Below are positions 28,638-39,218 of a DNA stretch of 64,000 nucleotides, in pieces. Position numbers and translations under genes: made by a program. Below the pieces are notes generated by a model. The model was not told the DNA's origin. It did no database searches and worked only from the letters and a program-made list of their open reading frames with translations. Position 1 is the first letter of the stretch, and each line of letters opens with the position of its first letter. The stretch comes from an uncultured Candidatus Saccharibacteria bacterium (GTDB lineage Bacteria > Patescibacteriota > Doudnabacteria > UBA920), in contig CAZTCH010000004.1 of the NCBI GenBank assembly GCA_964612745.1, forward strand, positions 29,382 to 93,381. The letters are read 5' to 3'.

Positions 28638-29801
28638 ATGTATACAACCACATACCGAAAATTATTTTGGATCAGCGCGCTCGTTCTGAGTGTGGTCATT
28701 GTGCTTGTGCTGGAGAAAAAAGACACGCCACCACTCGCTCCAGACAAAGATCTACTCAGTTACTACACCGAAGCCCAAAGCTTACGACAAGACACAGAGC
28801 GCTCAGTCACTTTTCTGGCTGTGGGAGACATCTCCCTCTCTCGAAATATTGCCGCTGTCATTAAAAAAAAGAACGACCCGCTGTACCCTTTCAGAAAAGT
28901 GGAGACACTACTCCGCTCCACAGATTTTAATTTCGGAAATCTGGAAACACCTTTTTCACAAAGCGACGCGTTTACCGCTCAGAACACACTAGTGTTCAAC
29001 GCGCCAAAAGCAAACGTTGCAGGACTTACCGCGTACAACTTTAAAGTCCTCACCCTTGCAAATAATCATGCATACGACCAAGGGTTACAAGGCATACAAA
29101 CCACAAGGAATCTACTTGCAGACAACAACATCCTTACAACCGGAACCGGCTCGACACTCGATGAAGCATGGACGCCTGCTGTATACACTACACGTGGCAT
29201 GTCCGTCGGTTTTATTGGTGCGTCATATGCTTCCGTAAACGACGGAGGTAAAACAACCAATACGCATGTTGCGCGCATTGAAGACTTACAGAATCTGCAA
29301 TCTGCAGTTAAAAATTTGCAATCCAAAGTCGATTTTATTGTAGTAACTATGCACGCAGGCACAGAATACACTGCTAGTCCAAACCCGGATCAAATTGCAT
29401 TTGCACACGCTGCGATTGATGCAGGCGCTGACATGGTCATTGGTCACCACCCCCACTGGGTACAAGAAAAAGAATGGTACTGCACTGGCACACCGGGGAC
29501 TCGCCTACTCCCTACGCCTCCAACGACAACACAAAGCACTCGTACTTCCGGCTGTGGTTGGATCTATTATAGTCTGGGTAATTTTATTTTTGACCAATCG
29601 TGGAGCGAACAAACGAAAACCGGACTTGCGTTAAAAATTACACTGCGGTCCCGCACCAGACACACACCAGACACTTTGCTACAAAATGCTGGAACACCTA
29701 CGTCAGAGGCACCGTTTACTATTGAAATAGAAGAAGTTCCCATTCGCATAGTAGAAAACTGTTGTGCGCAAGTGCAAAGCGACTCATTTGACACAAACTA
29801 G
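28638..29801 (+). CDS. capA: CapA/PgsA-family metallophosphoesterase (poly-gamma-glutamate/capsule synthesis-type)
   Basis: 387 aa; AVGDISLSRN...LANNHAYDQG...MHAGTEY...IGHHPHWVQ, the CapA motifs. Confidence 0.7.
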   Translation: MYTTTYRKLFWISALVLSVVIVLVLEKKDTPPLAPDKDLLSYYTEAQSLRQDTERSVTFLAVGDISLSRNIAAVIKKKNDPLYPFRKVETLLRSTDFNFGNLETPFSQSDAFTAQNTLVFNAPKANVAGLTAYNFKVLTLANNHAYDQGLQGIQTTRNLLADNNILTTGTGSTLDEAWTPAVYTTRGMSVGFIGASYASVNDGGKTTNTHVARIEDLQNLQSAVKNLQSKVDFIVVTMHAGTEYTASPNPDQIAFAHAAIDAGADMVIGHHPHWVQEKEWYCTGTPGTRLLPTPPTTTQSTRTSGCGWIYYSLGNFIFDQSWSEQTKTGLALKITLRSRTRHTPDTLLQNAGTPTSEAPFTIEIEEVPIRIVENCCAQVQSDSFDTN

Positions 29802-29931
29802 TGAACATGGTTAAAATTGCGGTTACGAGTGAGACACCTGTATATATAGAGTGTTTCTTGTATACCCCGTGCAATCATCCATAGTTGTCGGTATTTTACC
29901 AAGCATACGTACTACCTAATTTTCATTTCAT

Positions 29932-32346
29932 ATGCCAAAGCCACTCATTATAGTAGAGTCTCCAACCAAAGCGAAAACCATTTCGAAGTTTCTTGGTGGC
30001 GCGTACGACGTCGAGGCGTCTTTTGGCCATATCCGTGATTTGCCCAAAAGTAAGTTATCTATAGATGTAGAACACAATTTTGAGCCAAAATATGCTATCC
30101 CCCCAAAAGCCAAAGAAACCGTAGAAAAATTACAAGCTCTTGCCAAACACGCTCCAGAGATTATCTTGGCGAGTGATGAAGACAGAGAAGGAGAATCTAT
30201 CGCATGGCACCTTGTCCAAGCCCTTGGTCTTGAAAGCTCCAAATCACCAAAAACAAGAAAACAAAGCTCCAAATCTAAAAAGTCAAAAATTGATACTGAA
30301 GCATTTTCCAATACCGAAGCGGTTGCAGTAGACCCCCACAAAGTAAAACGAATTGTGTTTCATGAAATAACTAAGTCTGCTATAGAAGAAGCACTCGCCC
30401 ACCCAAGAACTATTGACCAAAACCTCGTCGACGCACAGCAAGCACGGCGCATTTTGGACAGACTCGTAGGGTACGAACTATCACCTTTCTTGTGGAGGAA
30501 AATCCGCTATGGTCTTTCTGCTGGTCGTGTACAAAGTGTTGCCGTCCGTCTGGTAGTAGAGCGAGAACGAGAAATTCAAGCATTTAAAAGTGATGAATAC
30601 TGGAGCATAGAAGCAAAGCTTTCTCCAGCAGACAGCGCTGCTATTTTTACGGCGCGCTTATCTAAAATTGATGGAGCATCCGTAGGCAAACTAGATATTG
30701 CGTCCCACGCAGCAGCACATGAGATTGTCTCGAACCTCACCGGTGCAACGTATACCGTTGCAGATATATCTAAAAAAGAAACAAAGCGAAACCCCGCTGC
30801 GCCATTTACCACCTCGACCCTCCAACAAGAAGCAGCACGCAAACTCGGCTACTCTGCCAAACAAACCATGATGATTGCCCAACAGCTCTATGAGCATGGG
30901 CATATCACCTACATGCGTACTGACAGCTTAAACTTAGCTGCGAGTGCTCTTGCGCAAGCACAAGGAGTCATTGGCACTGAGTTTGGTGCAGCATATACAC
31001 TGCCTACCCCACGCACTTTTACAAACAAATCCAAAGGAGCGCAAGAAGCCCACGAAGCAATTCGTCCAACTGACCTGACCGTGCTCCCCCAAAACTTAAA
31101 AGTTGGCACTGCAGATAAAGGGCATAGCAAGTTATATGACTTGATTTGGAAACGCACCATTGCCTCGCAAATGCCTCAGGCAGTCTTTGACCAAACCAGT
31201 ATCGACATTGCAGCTCAAAGTAAAACGAGCACTCCCGCATATACATTTCGTGCCAGTGGCCAAGTTATTAAGTTTGACGGCTTTATTCGCGCGTACACCG
31301 AAGGAGTAGACGAAGAAGATGTTGCTCAAGCAGAAGCTGAATTAGAAGGAGTACTGCCAGAGCTGACGTTGCAAGAACAACTGAAACTCAAGGAGCTACT
31401 GCCTTTGCAACACTTTACAGAGCCACCCGCACGCTACACTGACGCAACGCTCGTAAAAGCACTCGAAGCACACGGCATTGGTAGACCGTCGACATACGCT
31501 CCGACACTGGCGACTATTCAAGAGCGGGACTATGTGACAAAGGAAGATAAAAAATATAGTCCGACCGAAGTAGGCATACTGGTAACCGACATGCTCGTTG
31601 CCAATTTTCCAGAGATTGTAGATATTGGCTTCACCGCTAAAATCGAAGCCGATTTCGACAAGATTGCTGAAGGAGAAGTAGAATGGGTGCCAGTCATCCG
31701 TGATTTTTACGCCCCATTTAAAAAGCACCTTGTAGAAAAAGAAGCTACCGTAGAAAAACAAATCGAAACATCTACTACACCCTGCCCACACTGCAGCAAG
31801 ATGATGGTGATTAAGTTTGGCAGAATGGGTAAATTCCTTGCATGCCCAGATCCAGAGTCAAAAGTAACCCTCCCCCTCCCAGAAGAGGCAGCAAAAATCG
31901 CTGAATTGGAAGCAAAGACCAAAGGTGAACTATGCCCCCTCTGTGGCAAACACATGGAAGTAAAACGAGGACGATTTGGTTACTTCCTTGGTTGCGTTGA
32001 CTACCCAACGTGTAAAGGTATTTCGAAAATTTGGAATAAGACTGGTTTTAAATGTCCAAGCTGTCTAGTCTCCGACAACCGTAAAGACAAGCCTGGTGAC
32101 ATTGTAGAAAAGAAGTCTCGTGGCAGGGGTAAGCCTTTCTTTGCCTGTACGAGGTGGCCTGACTGCGAATTTATTACCAACATAAAACCAGAAAGTGAAA
32201 CGCACCTCCAAGAGCTGCACAAGCTATGGTTAGAAAATAAGGATAAACCGAAAACTCCAAAAAAGTTTAGCAGGAAAACAACTACTAAAAAGTCAACTAA
32301 GAAAACTGCGAAAGCATCCACCATACAAAAAACCGTCGAGGCTTAA
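29932..32346 (+). CDS. topA: DNA topoisomerase I with C-terminal zinc ribbons and Lys-rich tail
   Basis: 804 aa; TOPRIM start (LIIVESPTKAKTI); active-site Tyr region; several CxxC...CxxC ribbons. Confidence 0.95.
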   Translation: MPKPLIIVESPTKAKTISKFLGGAYDVEASFGHIRDLPKSKLSIDVEHNFEPKYAIPPKAKETVEKLQALAKHAPEIILASDEDREGESIAWHLVQALGLESSKSPKTRKQSSKSKKSKIDTEAFSNTEAVAVDPHKVKRIVFHEITKSAIEEALAHPRTIDQNLVDAQQARRILDRLVGYELSPFLWRKIRYGLSAGRVQSVAVRLVVEREREIQAFKSDEYWSIEAKLSPADSAAIFTARLSKIDGASVGKLDIASHAAAHEIVSNLTGATYTVADISKKETKRNPAAPFTTSTLQQEAARKLGYSAKQTMMIAQQLYEHGHITYMRTDSLNLAASALAQAQGVIGTEFGAAYTLPTPRTFTNKSKGAQEAHEAIRPTDLTVLPQNLKVGTADKGHSKLYDLIWKRTIASQMPQAVFDQTSIDIAAQSKTSTPAYTFRASGQVIKFDGFIRAYTEGVDEEDVAQAEAELEGVLPELTLQEQLKLKELLPLQHFTEPPARYTDATLVKALEAHGIGRPSTYAPTLATIQERDYVTKEDKKYSPTEVGILVTDMLVANFPEIVDIGFTAKIEADFDKIAEGEVEWVPVIRDFYAPFKKHLVEKEATVEKQIETSTTPCPHCSKMMVIKFGRMGKFLACPDPESKVTLPLPEEAAKIAELEAKTKGELCPLCGKHMEVKRGRFGYFLGCVDYPTCKGISKIWNKTGFKCPSCLVSDNRKDKPGDIVEKKSRGRGKPFFACTRWPDCEFITNIKPESETHLQELHKLWLENKDKPKTPKKFSRKTTTKKSTKKTAKASTIQKTVEA

Positions 32347-32442
32347 GCCTGGCGGTTTTTTATCACACGTGTTAGTCCAATATATCTTATAATCCCGTCT
32401 CGCTTATGGCCCCTATTCGCCCAACAATCTCTCTATTAAACC

Positions 32443-33249
32443 CTAAACGTCTACCCCGCCTAGATTGTCTCCAAAAACATATTTCGACCATCTCCTAAAA
32501 ACTTTATCATTGTTCGTATAATAATCTGGCTCATACTGTGGGTCTTTTTTATATAAATTTATTTCTTTATAGCCCTGCGTAGTTTCTAATAAAGTTGATA
32601 AAGATTTTTTAACAACTTCTTGAGGAGTTAGCCAATACGTTGTGTCCGCGTGTGGCCTTATCTTCAACGCACTCTTAGTAATTGTGGAACTAATATTTAT
32701 CGCTAAACTCGTTACCCAAGGATACCGGCCAACAGCATCCCGCATATAACCCCTCACAATGTTTTTTGATTCTGAAAAAGAAGTTAGAAAGATTAGACCG
32801 TGCTTATCGGCCACCGAACCAATCATGGCCAGTGTTAGTTGAGTTTTTGCCCCACCCTTACGTTCTTGACCCAACTTTTTAATTAAAGCAGTGGCGAAGT
32901 ATTTATACGTATTTACGTTAGAGTTGTAAACTACTGGGTCAATAGTTTCGATTTTATCAATACGAGGATAATCAATATTTTCAAATTTGTCTATTCCAAT
33001 AGAATGTATAAAGACTACTCTAGCAAATTTACTAAAGTCCATCCTCTCAACAATCTTATACGTCTCATTTGGATTTGCTAGATCAAAATGTAACCACCGT
33101 AGATTTGTGCTACTAATATCCAACTCATTTTCCCTGCTTATACCGATAACCTGCTGACTTACTATTAGTCGACGCACAAATTCTGCGCCAATCTCGCCAC
33201 TCGCACCTCCAATAATAAATAAGGTTTTAAGCTTAACTACTCTATTCAT
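32443..33249 (-). CDS. NAD(P)-binding Rossmann-fold (SDR-like) protein on AT-rich island
   Basis: 268 aa; IIGGASGEIGAEFVRRL glycine-rich dinucleotide motif; GC of this gene and its neighbour is about 35% versus about 48% for the surroundings. Confidence 0.5.
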   Translation of the reverse strand: MNRVVKLKTLFIIGGASGEIGAEFVRRLIVSQQVIGISRENELDISSTNLRWLHFDLANPNETYKIVERMDFSKFARVVFIHSIGIDKFENIDYPRIDKIETIDPVVYNSNVNTYKYFATALIKKLGQERKGGAKTQLTLAMIGSVADKHGLIFLTSFSESKNIVRGYMRDAVGRYPWVTSLAINISSTITKSALKIRPHADTTYWLTPQEVVKKSLSTLLETTQGYKEINLYKKDPQYEPDYYTNNDKVFRRWSKYVFGDNLGGVDV

Positions 33250-33396
33250 ACATTCTCAAAATAATAACTATCTGAATACACATGTCACCGTGAAAATATT
33301 GACATAAAAACAATAAAATGTCATAAAATAGGCTATATTTTGATACTTAGTAAAAAATAATTTTACTTTTATGCCTACTTATGCTATGCTGAACTT

Positions 33397-34254
33397 ATGA
33401 TACTTACTCCCCCAATAAGCATCGAGGACTACATTATTCAACTGCTCCGAGACGGCCCAATCGGAACCATTGAGTTAATTGCGCGCATCCGAAAACATCT
33501 GCCAAATGCAACAAAGCAAGCCGTATACTCTGCGCTTCGTAAACTTAAAGGCCAAGAAGTCGTAGTTGTACACAACAAGCAAGCGTCCCTCAGCATACAG
33601 TGGTTACGAAAGCTCGAGGTATTTGTAAATATAGCTGCAGAACGATCATTCGACGCTGAATTACGTTCCAATGGAATTTTGGCGCTTACAGATGGCGATC
33701 GAATTGAATACCATTTTAAAAATGCCCATCTCATGGACTCGTTTTGGTGGCATGCGTCAGCGTTACTCCTAGAAACACAACCCGACACAGAGCCAGTCTA
33801 TATATATCACAGTCATGAGTGGTTTCTCCACGCAAGGCGAAACACTGAGTTAGACTTTATACGATATATAAAAAATAAACGGCGCACGCTCTTTTTGGCA
33901 GTCAGCAGGAACACGCCGTTAGACAAGCTGGCAGCCGAAGACTTTGACGGAAACACGGCTCAATACTACATGTACCCAACTCCCCCATTTCCCAAAAATA
34001 ATTATTACCTAAACGTATTTAACGACTATGTCTTTGAGGTATGGTTGGACAAAGCCATGTCCAACGAGCTAGATTCACTCTACCTAAATGCTAAAACCAT
34101 CACCCCAAACACCTTAGAAGAAATAAAACTCCTTATAAGCAAATCTGGGAAAAGTCGCATGATAATTTCCCGTGACCAAAACCGGGCAGAGAAGCTAAAA
34201 AAGTTTTTAGGCAAACACTTTATTATCCCTCTAAGAGAGGCTACTAAACGCTAA
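33397..34254 (+). CDS. hypothetical protein with N-terminal winged-helix-like domain, on AT-rich island
   Basis: 285 aa; N-terminus (IIQLLRDGPIGTIELIARIRKHLPNATKQAVYSALRKL) looks like wHTH; the remainder has no motif I recognise; divergent from the SDR-like gene. Confidence 0.45.
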   Translation: MILTPPISIEDYIIQLLRDGPIGTIELIARIRKHLPNATKQAVYSALRKLKGQEVVVVHNKQASLSIQWLRKLEVFVNIAAERSFDAELRSNGILALTDGDRIEYHFKNAHLMDSFWWHASALLLETQPDTEPVYIYHSHEWFLHARRNTELDFIRYIKNKRRTLFLAVSRNTPLDKLAAEDFDGNTAQYYMYPTPPFPKNNYYLNVFNDYVFEVWLDKAMSNELDSLYLNAKTITPNTLEEIKLLISKSGKSRMIISRDQNRAEKLKKFLGKHFIIPLREATKR

Positions 34255-34313
34255 CCTACTAACGCGTTAGCGAACTGCAGTTCATGTGGAAATACTACGC
34301 TATCACAAAATTA

Positions 34314-34346
34314 TAAAAAACCTGCACTCGTGCAGGTTTTTATTTT
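34314..34346. terminator. bidirectional terminator (AAAAAACCTGCACTCGTGCAGGTTTTTATTTTT)
   Basis: Hairpin with A- and T-runs, between convergent genes. Confidence 0.7.
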
Positions 34347-35389
34347 TGCTTTCGCTTCAGGACTCGACCACCATCTACCAACACTTCCCACCCAGCTCCC
34401 ACGTATATACTTTCTGCTGATGGCCTTATCTGGCGAGTGGGAGGTACACGATTTTGTGCAAACGAAGCAATCACCGTACTCAGATACTGCGCTTCAGAAA
34501 AAATCTCTGCGGCGGTTGGCCCACGATGCACTACCGGCACACGCGCTGCATCCCCAAGAGCGAACACCGTATCATATGGTCGTAACTGAAATTGCATATT
34601 CACTCCACCAGTAAATGGAAGTGCTTTTACCTTATCTTGTCCAAACAGAGGAACTCCGACTGGAGTATGCGCGCCTGCCCACACGCACACGTCGGCACGG
34701 GCAACCGTACCGGAAACGCCACCGCACACCCCACTTTTGCTCACCGCTGTTATTGCAGTATTACAGACTACCTGCACACCCAAACTGTGTAGAGCACTCT
34801 CTAGTATACGGGCCGCTTCTGCTGGTAAGGCGGGTACTAAACGCGACTGTTGCTCCACCAGAATAATTTCTAGTTTTGTGTGTGCAAACTCAGTTGATTT
34901 CCAAAAGTCATACACATGGCCAGCAGTTGCGACACCCACTCTTCCCCCACCAACCACACACACAGTCGCACACGGCGCTAGGCCTTGCGCGGCAAGCGCA
35001 AGTGCGCTGTGAACGGCTTGCCTGATTTGCACACGTCCGTGCATACGCCAAGGTGAATACAACGGGGCACCAGGTGCGAAGTGTTCATCTGACACACGAA
35101 ACTCTGCACCAGTAGCCACCACAGCAAAATCGTACGGTACTGTTTTTGTATCGGTCACCACCTGCTTCTGTACAACATCTATCCCTTTCACTTTTCCATG
35201 TACAAACTGCACATGTGGAGCCACATGCACAGACGCTGCAGATGTCGACACGTTTGGCGCTATACGCAAATCTTCTTGCTGGCCAAGTGCTGCATCAAAA
35301 ATAGTTGTTTGGAGATTTGGATAGTGACTGAGCGCCACAGCAAGAGACTTCCCCGCCACCCCCGCTCCTATAACAACAACGTGCTTCAT
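34340..35389 (-). CDS. FAD/NAD(P)-binding pyridine nucleotide-disulfide oxidoreductase (NDH-2-like)
   Basis: Two Rossmann motifs (VVVIGAGVAGKS, VCVVGGGRVGVATAG); start taken at the internal Met (MKHVVVIG). Confidence 0.7.
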   Translation of the reverse strand: MKHVVVIGAGVAGKSLAVALSHYPNLQTTIFDAALGQQEDLRIAPNVSTSAASVHVAPHVQFVHGKVKGIDVVQKQVVTDTKTVPYDFAVVATGAEFRVSDEHFAPGAPLYSPWRMHGRVQIRQAVHSALALAAQGLAPCATVCVVGGGRVGVATAGHVYDFWKSTEFAHTKLEIILVEQQSRLVPALPAEAARILESALHSLGVQVVCNTAITAVSKSGVCGGVSGTVARADVCVWAGAHTPVGVPLFGQDKVKALPFTGGVNMQFQLRPYDTVFALGDAARVPVVHRGPTAAEIFSEAQYLSTVIASFAQNRVPPTRQIRPSAESIYVGAGWEVLVDGGRVLKRKQK

Positions 35390-35431
35390 AGTAAAAAAAT
35401 CCCTGCACAAAAGTGTGCAGGGAAGAAATAA

Positions 35432-35947
35432 TTAGCGAATACCTTTTGGGGTTAATGCATGCGTCCCTGCTACTAAGTCACCTGTTTTGCCACCGAGACA
35501 AAAATAGTAATTATAGTTCGGATACACCGTCAAACCATTGACCACCGACGCAGTTCCTGTTGGAGCGTAAAAATACGTAGTAGCTGGCTCACCATTTGGA
35601 TAATCGAGCAACTCACAACCACCATCTGCGGGGAGTGGATTTTCTGGCTGGCTGGCAATAAATGATGGCGTCATGTCTGCTGGAATGCCGCTACCAGTCG
35701 CAGCTGGGTAGCCCCTGTTGGTGTTGTAAAACAGCTCAAACGCCGTGACCATACGGGACATGTCGCCGACACGCTTGGCGTCTCTGCCTTTTGCTCGTGC
35801 GTTGTATACGGCCACCAGTACAATTGAGCTCAAGAGCCCAATAATTGCTATGACCACCAACAATTCAATAAGAGTAAACCCGCGTCCGCTTGCTCGCGTC
35901 ACACGTCTTTTTTGCTCGGCGGAAGAAAATTCCACTTCTACTTGCAT
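35432..35947 (-). CDS. type IV pilin / pseudopilin (prepilin-type N-terminal cleavage/methylation domain)
   Basis: 171 aa; G|FTLIELLVVIAIIGLL class III signal peptide motif. Confidence 0.8.
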   Translation of the reverse strand: MQVEVEFSSAEQKRRVTRASGRGFTLIELLVVIAIIGLLSSIVLVAVYNARAKGRDAKRVGDMSRMVTAFELFYNTNRGYPAATGSGIPADMTPSFIASQPENPLPADGGCELLDYPNGEPATTYFYAPTGTASVVNGLTVYPNYNYYFCLGGKTGDLVAGTHALTPKGIR

Positions 35948-36092
35948 TTTGTTTCTTTTGTAACTAGTAAGTTATTACTAGTATACCATAGCCTAGCTGC
36001 ACTTGAAAAATTTAGCGATTTTAGGTAGAATAGCAAAGAAATGCATTTAGGGAGCTTCTCGCACGCTTTTGCAGTATTCACTATATACAGAT

Positions 36093-36168
36093 GGGTCTGT
36101 AGCTCAGTTGGTAGAGCAGTGGCCTTTTAAGCCAACGGTCGCGGGTTCGAATCCCGCCGGACCCACCA
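36093..36168 (+). tRNA. tRNA-Lys (anticodon UUU), CCA encoded
   Basis: GGGTCTGTAGCTCAGTTGGTAGAGC...CUUUUAA anticodon loop...GGTTCGAATCC...GACCCACCA; near-identical in layout to canonical bacterial tRNA-Lys. Confidence 0.9.
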
Positions 36169-36171
36169 AAG

Positions 36172-36200
36172 AATAAAGAACCTTACCGTAGGTTCTTTTT
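36172..36200 (+). terminator. terminator after tRNA-Lys (AAAGAACCTTACCGTAGGTTCTTTTTCTTTTT)
   Basis: Hairpin plus T-run. Confidence 0.7.
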
Positions 36201-36254
36201 CTTTTTGTCGACTACTCCCCATCTACTCAGGGGCTCGAGTTGCTTTTATCCTCA

Positions 36255-36295
36255 AGCTTGAAAGCTGAAAAGCTAAGAAGCTAGAAAGCTTTGCT
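36255..36295. repeat. tandem (G)AAAGCT octamer/heptamer array x about 5
   Basis: AAGCTTGAAAGCTGAAAAGCTAAGAAGCTAGAAAGCTTTGC read directly from the sequence. Confidence 0.7.
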
Positions 36296-36359
36296 ACTAC
36301 TCACCTCACTAGCCAGTACGTCATAAATATGGTAAATTCTTAGTACTTTTAGGAGCAGC

Positions 36360-37289
36360 TTGGAAAGACAGCACTTAATTTTCCAGCACCAAAACTTCAT
36401 GGAAATCTTTGCAGACAAAACTTTGTGGGACTACAAACTCCTCGACTCTGGTAACGGACAAAGGCTGGAACAATGGGGCAAATATCGACTTTCGCGACCA
36501 GACCCCCAAGCAATTTGGAATACGCACATCCCCGAGTCGGAGTGGCAAAAAGCAGATGCTACGTTTGACCGTTCATGGCATATTCGAACTACCATGCCGA
36601 AGATGTGGGAAGTGCGCTTCCCCCTCCCCCTACAACGAGGCCAAACCCACACAGGACCGTGGGAGCTCACACTCGCAGCCAGACTTACCCCTTTTAAACA
36701 CACGGGCATATTTGCCGAACAATCTGCTAACTGGAACTGGCTCGCAGAACAAGTACTCAATAACCCTGCACACGAACAGAAGAAGGTGTTAAACCTGTTT
36801 GGCTACACTGGTGCTGCCACAGTATTGCTCGCAAAGCTGGGCTGCTTTGTCACACACGTAGACGCAAGCAAGCCTGCTATTGGCTGGGCAAAAGAAAATC
36901 AAGCACTCAACGACCTCCCCGAAGATAGTATTCGATGGATTTTAGATGATGCATTCAAATTTGTGAAACGAGAAGTAAAACGCGGAGCACACTATGACGG
37001 AGTCGTCATGGACCCCCCTGCATTTGGCCATGCTCCAGATGGAAGAACATGGAAATTCGCCGAAGACTTTCCATTACTCCTCGCCGAAGTGCAAAAGCTC
37101 TTAGCTCCAAAAAATAGTTTTTTACTCGTCAATGCATACGCTACAAACTCCTCTGCAATCGCTTTGCAAAATGTAGTGGAAGACATTTTCCCCAGCGCTG
37201 GAACTCTGACCGCTGGTGAATTGTGCGTCTCTCAAGCAGATGGACGACTACTCTCGACAGGTATTGTCGCTCGAAGAACCAACATATAA
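36360..37289 (+). CDS. class I SAM-dependent RNA methyltransferase, RlmI/YccW-like
   Basis: 309 aa; VLNLFGYTGAATVLLAKLG (motif I), DASKPAIGWAKEN, VVMDPPAFG (motif IV). Confidence 0.7.
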   Translation: MERQHLIFQHQNFMEIFADKTLWDYKLLDSGNGQRLEQWGKYRLSRPDPQAIWNTHIPESEWQKADATFDRSWHIRTTMPKMWEVRFPLPLQRGQTHTGPWELTLAARLTPFKHTGIFAEQSANWNWLAEQVLNNPAHEQKKVLNLFGYTGAATVLLAKLGCFVTHVDASKPAIGWAKENQALNDLPEDSIRWILDDAFKFVKREVKRGAHYDGVVMDPPAFGHAPDGRTWKFAEDFPLLLAEVQKLLAPKNSFLLVNAYATNSSAIALQNVVEDIFPSAGTLTAGELCVSQADGRLLSTGIVARRTNI

Positions 37290-37302
37290 TCCTCACTCTC
37301 GT

Positions 37303-38559
37303 ATGCACGTACTGAAACCAGCCAAAAAAATAATCTACCTTGATCACGCGGCCACCACACCAGTACGCCCTGAGGTGCTCACTGCAATGCAACCCTACTG
37401 GGCAAAAGAGTTCGGAAACCCATCCACACTCTATACGCTCGGACAACACGCAGCAGAGGCAGTATCTACTGCGCGTGCGAGCTGTGCCTCCATCTTACAT
37501 TGCACCCCACACGAAATTGTTTTTACCGCTGGCGGAAGTGAGAGCGACAACATTGCAATTCTCGGGGCAGCGCGGGCGTATCGAGAAAAACACCGCACGG
37601 GTGGCCATATTATCACTTCCCCCATCGAACACCATGCAGTGCTCGAAACAGTGCGCGCCCTCGAAACTCAAGGCTTTACCGTTACTTACACACCTGTAAC
37701 ACCAGAAGGTTTTGTAACTACAGAAGCAATAGCTACTGCGCTCCGACCAGATACTTTTTTGGTAAGCATTATGTATGCCAATAACGAAATTGGCACCGTC
37801 CAGCCACTCACTCAAATTAGTCAGTTGCTCAAGAAAGAAAATGTTCGCAGACAATCTGTACACCCCAAAGCTGGTACTGCAACACGAATCTTGTTTCACA
37901 CGGATGCGTGCCAAGCCGCTGGATACCTTTCTCTTGATACCACAGCACTTGGTGTAGACATGCTCACGGTAAATAGCAGCAAAGTGTACGGTCCAAAACA
38001 AGTGGGACTGCTCTACGTAAAACGAGGCACACCTATCCTCCCTATCACTTTTGGTGGAGGTCAAGAAAATGGACTTCGGAGTGGCACAGAAAATGTTGCA
38101 GGCATTGTGGGATTTGCCACAGCTCTGAAACTCGCAGAGAAAGAAAAACTAAAAGAAGTACGGCGACTACTCACCCTCCAAAAATATTTCGTGCGTACCC
38201 TTTCAAAGCATATACCGCGCACTATACTGAACGGCCCTAAGGTTGCTCAGGATACAAAAGAAATAACCCGTCTCCCAAACAATATAAATGTTTCTTTTGA
38301 TGGCTGCGATGGCGAAGCGCTCGTTATTTACTTAGACGCATACAATATCGCCGCTGCAACGGGTAGCGCATGCGCGACTGGATCCACAGAGCCTTCGCAT
38401 GTCTTAACGGCTATTGGCGTAACACCAAATCATATCCGTGGTAGCCTGCGGCTCACGATGGGTAAATCAACTACGCAAAAAGAGCTCGATTTTACCTGCA
38501 CAGTACTCGCCTTCTTAGTCCGTGAACAGCGTGCAACTACCAACATGCTTATACAATAA
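37303..38559 (+). CDS. cysteine desulfurase (IscS/NifS class V aminotransferase)
   Basis: IYLDHAATTP...PLP Lys region SSKVYGPKQVGLLYV...catalytic Cys loop ATGSACATGS. Start set at the ATG at 37303 to avoid overlap with the upstream gene. Confidence 0.9.
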   Translation: MHVLKPAKKIIYLDHAATTPVRPEVLTAMQPYWAKEFGNPSTLYTLGQHAAEAVSTARASCASILHCTPHEIVFTAGGSESDNIAILGAARAYREKHRTGGHIITSPIEHHAVLETVRALETQGFTVTYTPVTPEGFVTTEAIATALRPDTFLVSIMYANNEIGTVQPLTQISQLLKKENVRRQSVHPKAGTATRILFHTDACQAAGYLSLDTTALGVDMLTVNSSKVYGPKQVGLLYVKRGTPILPITFGGGQENGLRSGTENVAGIVGFATALKLAEKEKLKEVRRLLTLQKYFVRTLSKHIPRTILNGPKVAQDTKEITRLPNNINVSFDGCDGEALVIYLDAYNIAAATGSACATGSTEPSHVLTAIGVTPNHIRGSLRLTMGKSTTQKELDFTCTVLAFLVREQRATTNMLIQ

Positions 38560-38585
38560 AACCCCTCGTATGAGGGGTTTTCTTT

Positions 38586-39179
38586 TTAAACTTCGTTTCG
38601 CTGCGAAATAAATTTGCCAAGGACGATAAGATACACAATCGGAGCTACAAGCCACAAGAAACTCACACCGTGCTGTACAAATAAGAACTGCACAAGAGGG
38701 TGCAAACTTTGTTGTACATGAGCGGGTACAAACCCCAAAATAATATTGATTAGCAAACCAATCTGTAACAACGCAAACGGAATACCAAAAACCAACGTTG
38801 CTCCGTTACGGCCTTCCGCTGCTGTTCTAAATCCATATTTTGAAAGGAAGAAAAAGAGTACCAAAAAGAGCACCGCAAAAGCAGCAAGGTGCTGTAAGCT
38901 CACAGTAACAATGTTCAGTTTTGCATTTACCAACGTCTGCAAAAATGGCGCTTCAATCACAAGCAGTTTGGCCATGTAGACAGACACTAAAATAGAAAGG
39001 AGTCTTCCCCTGCCCGCTGCAAATGCATACAAAACCGAAGCCACCACCCAAAAAAGCAAAATAAACAAATCCCAGCTTGGAGCTTGCCAGTTGAAACTGC
39101 GAATGAGATGTTGAAATTCGATATACTTTTGCATGAAGCGCGCTGAAAATTCTGATACTAATAGTATAGCATTAACCAT
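38586..39179 (-). CDS. hypothetical polytopic membrane protein
   Basis: 197 aa; about 5 hydrophobic helices; no motif recognised. Confidence 0.5.
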   Translation of the reverse strand: MVNAILLVSEFSARFMQKYIEFQHLIRSFNWQAPSWDLFILLFWVVASVLYAFAAGRGRLLSILVSVYMAKLLVIEAPFLQTLVNAKLNIVTVSLQHLAAFAVLFLVLFFFLSKYGFRTAAEGRNGATLVFGIPFALLQIGLLINIILGFVPAHVQQSLHPLVQFLFVQHGVSFLWLVAPIVYLIVLGKFISQRNEV

Positions 39180-39218
39180 TCTACAAAGCCTGAAACCGAA
39201 TGCTATATACTACTGTAT

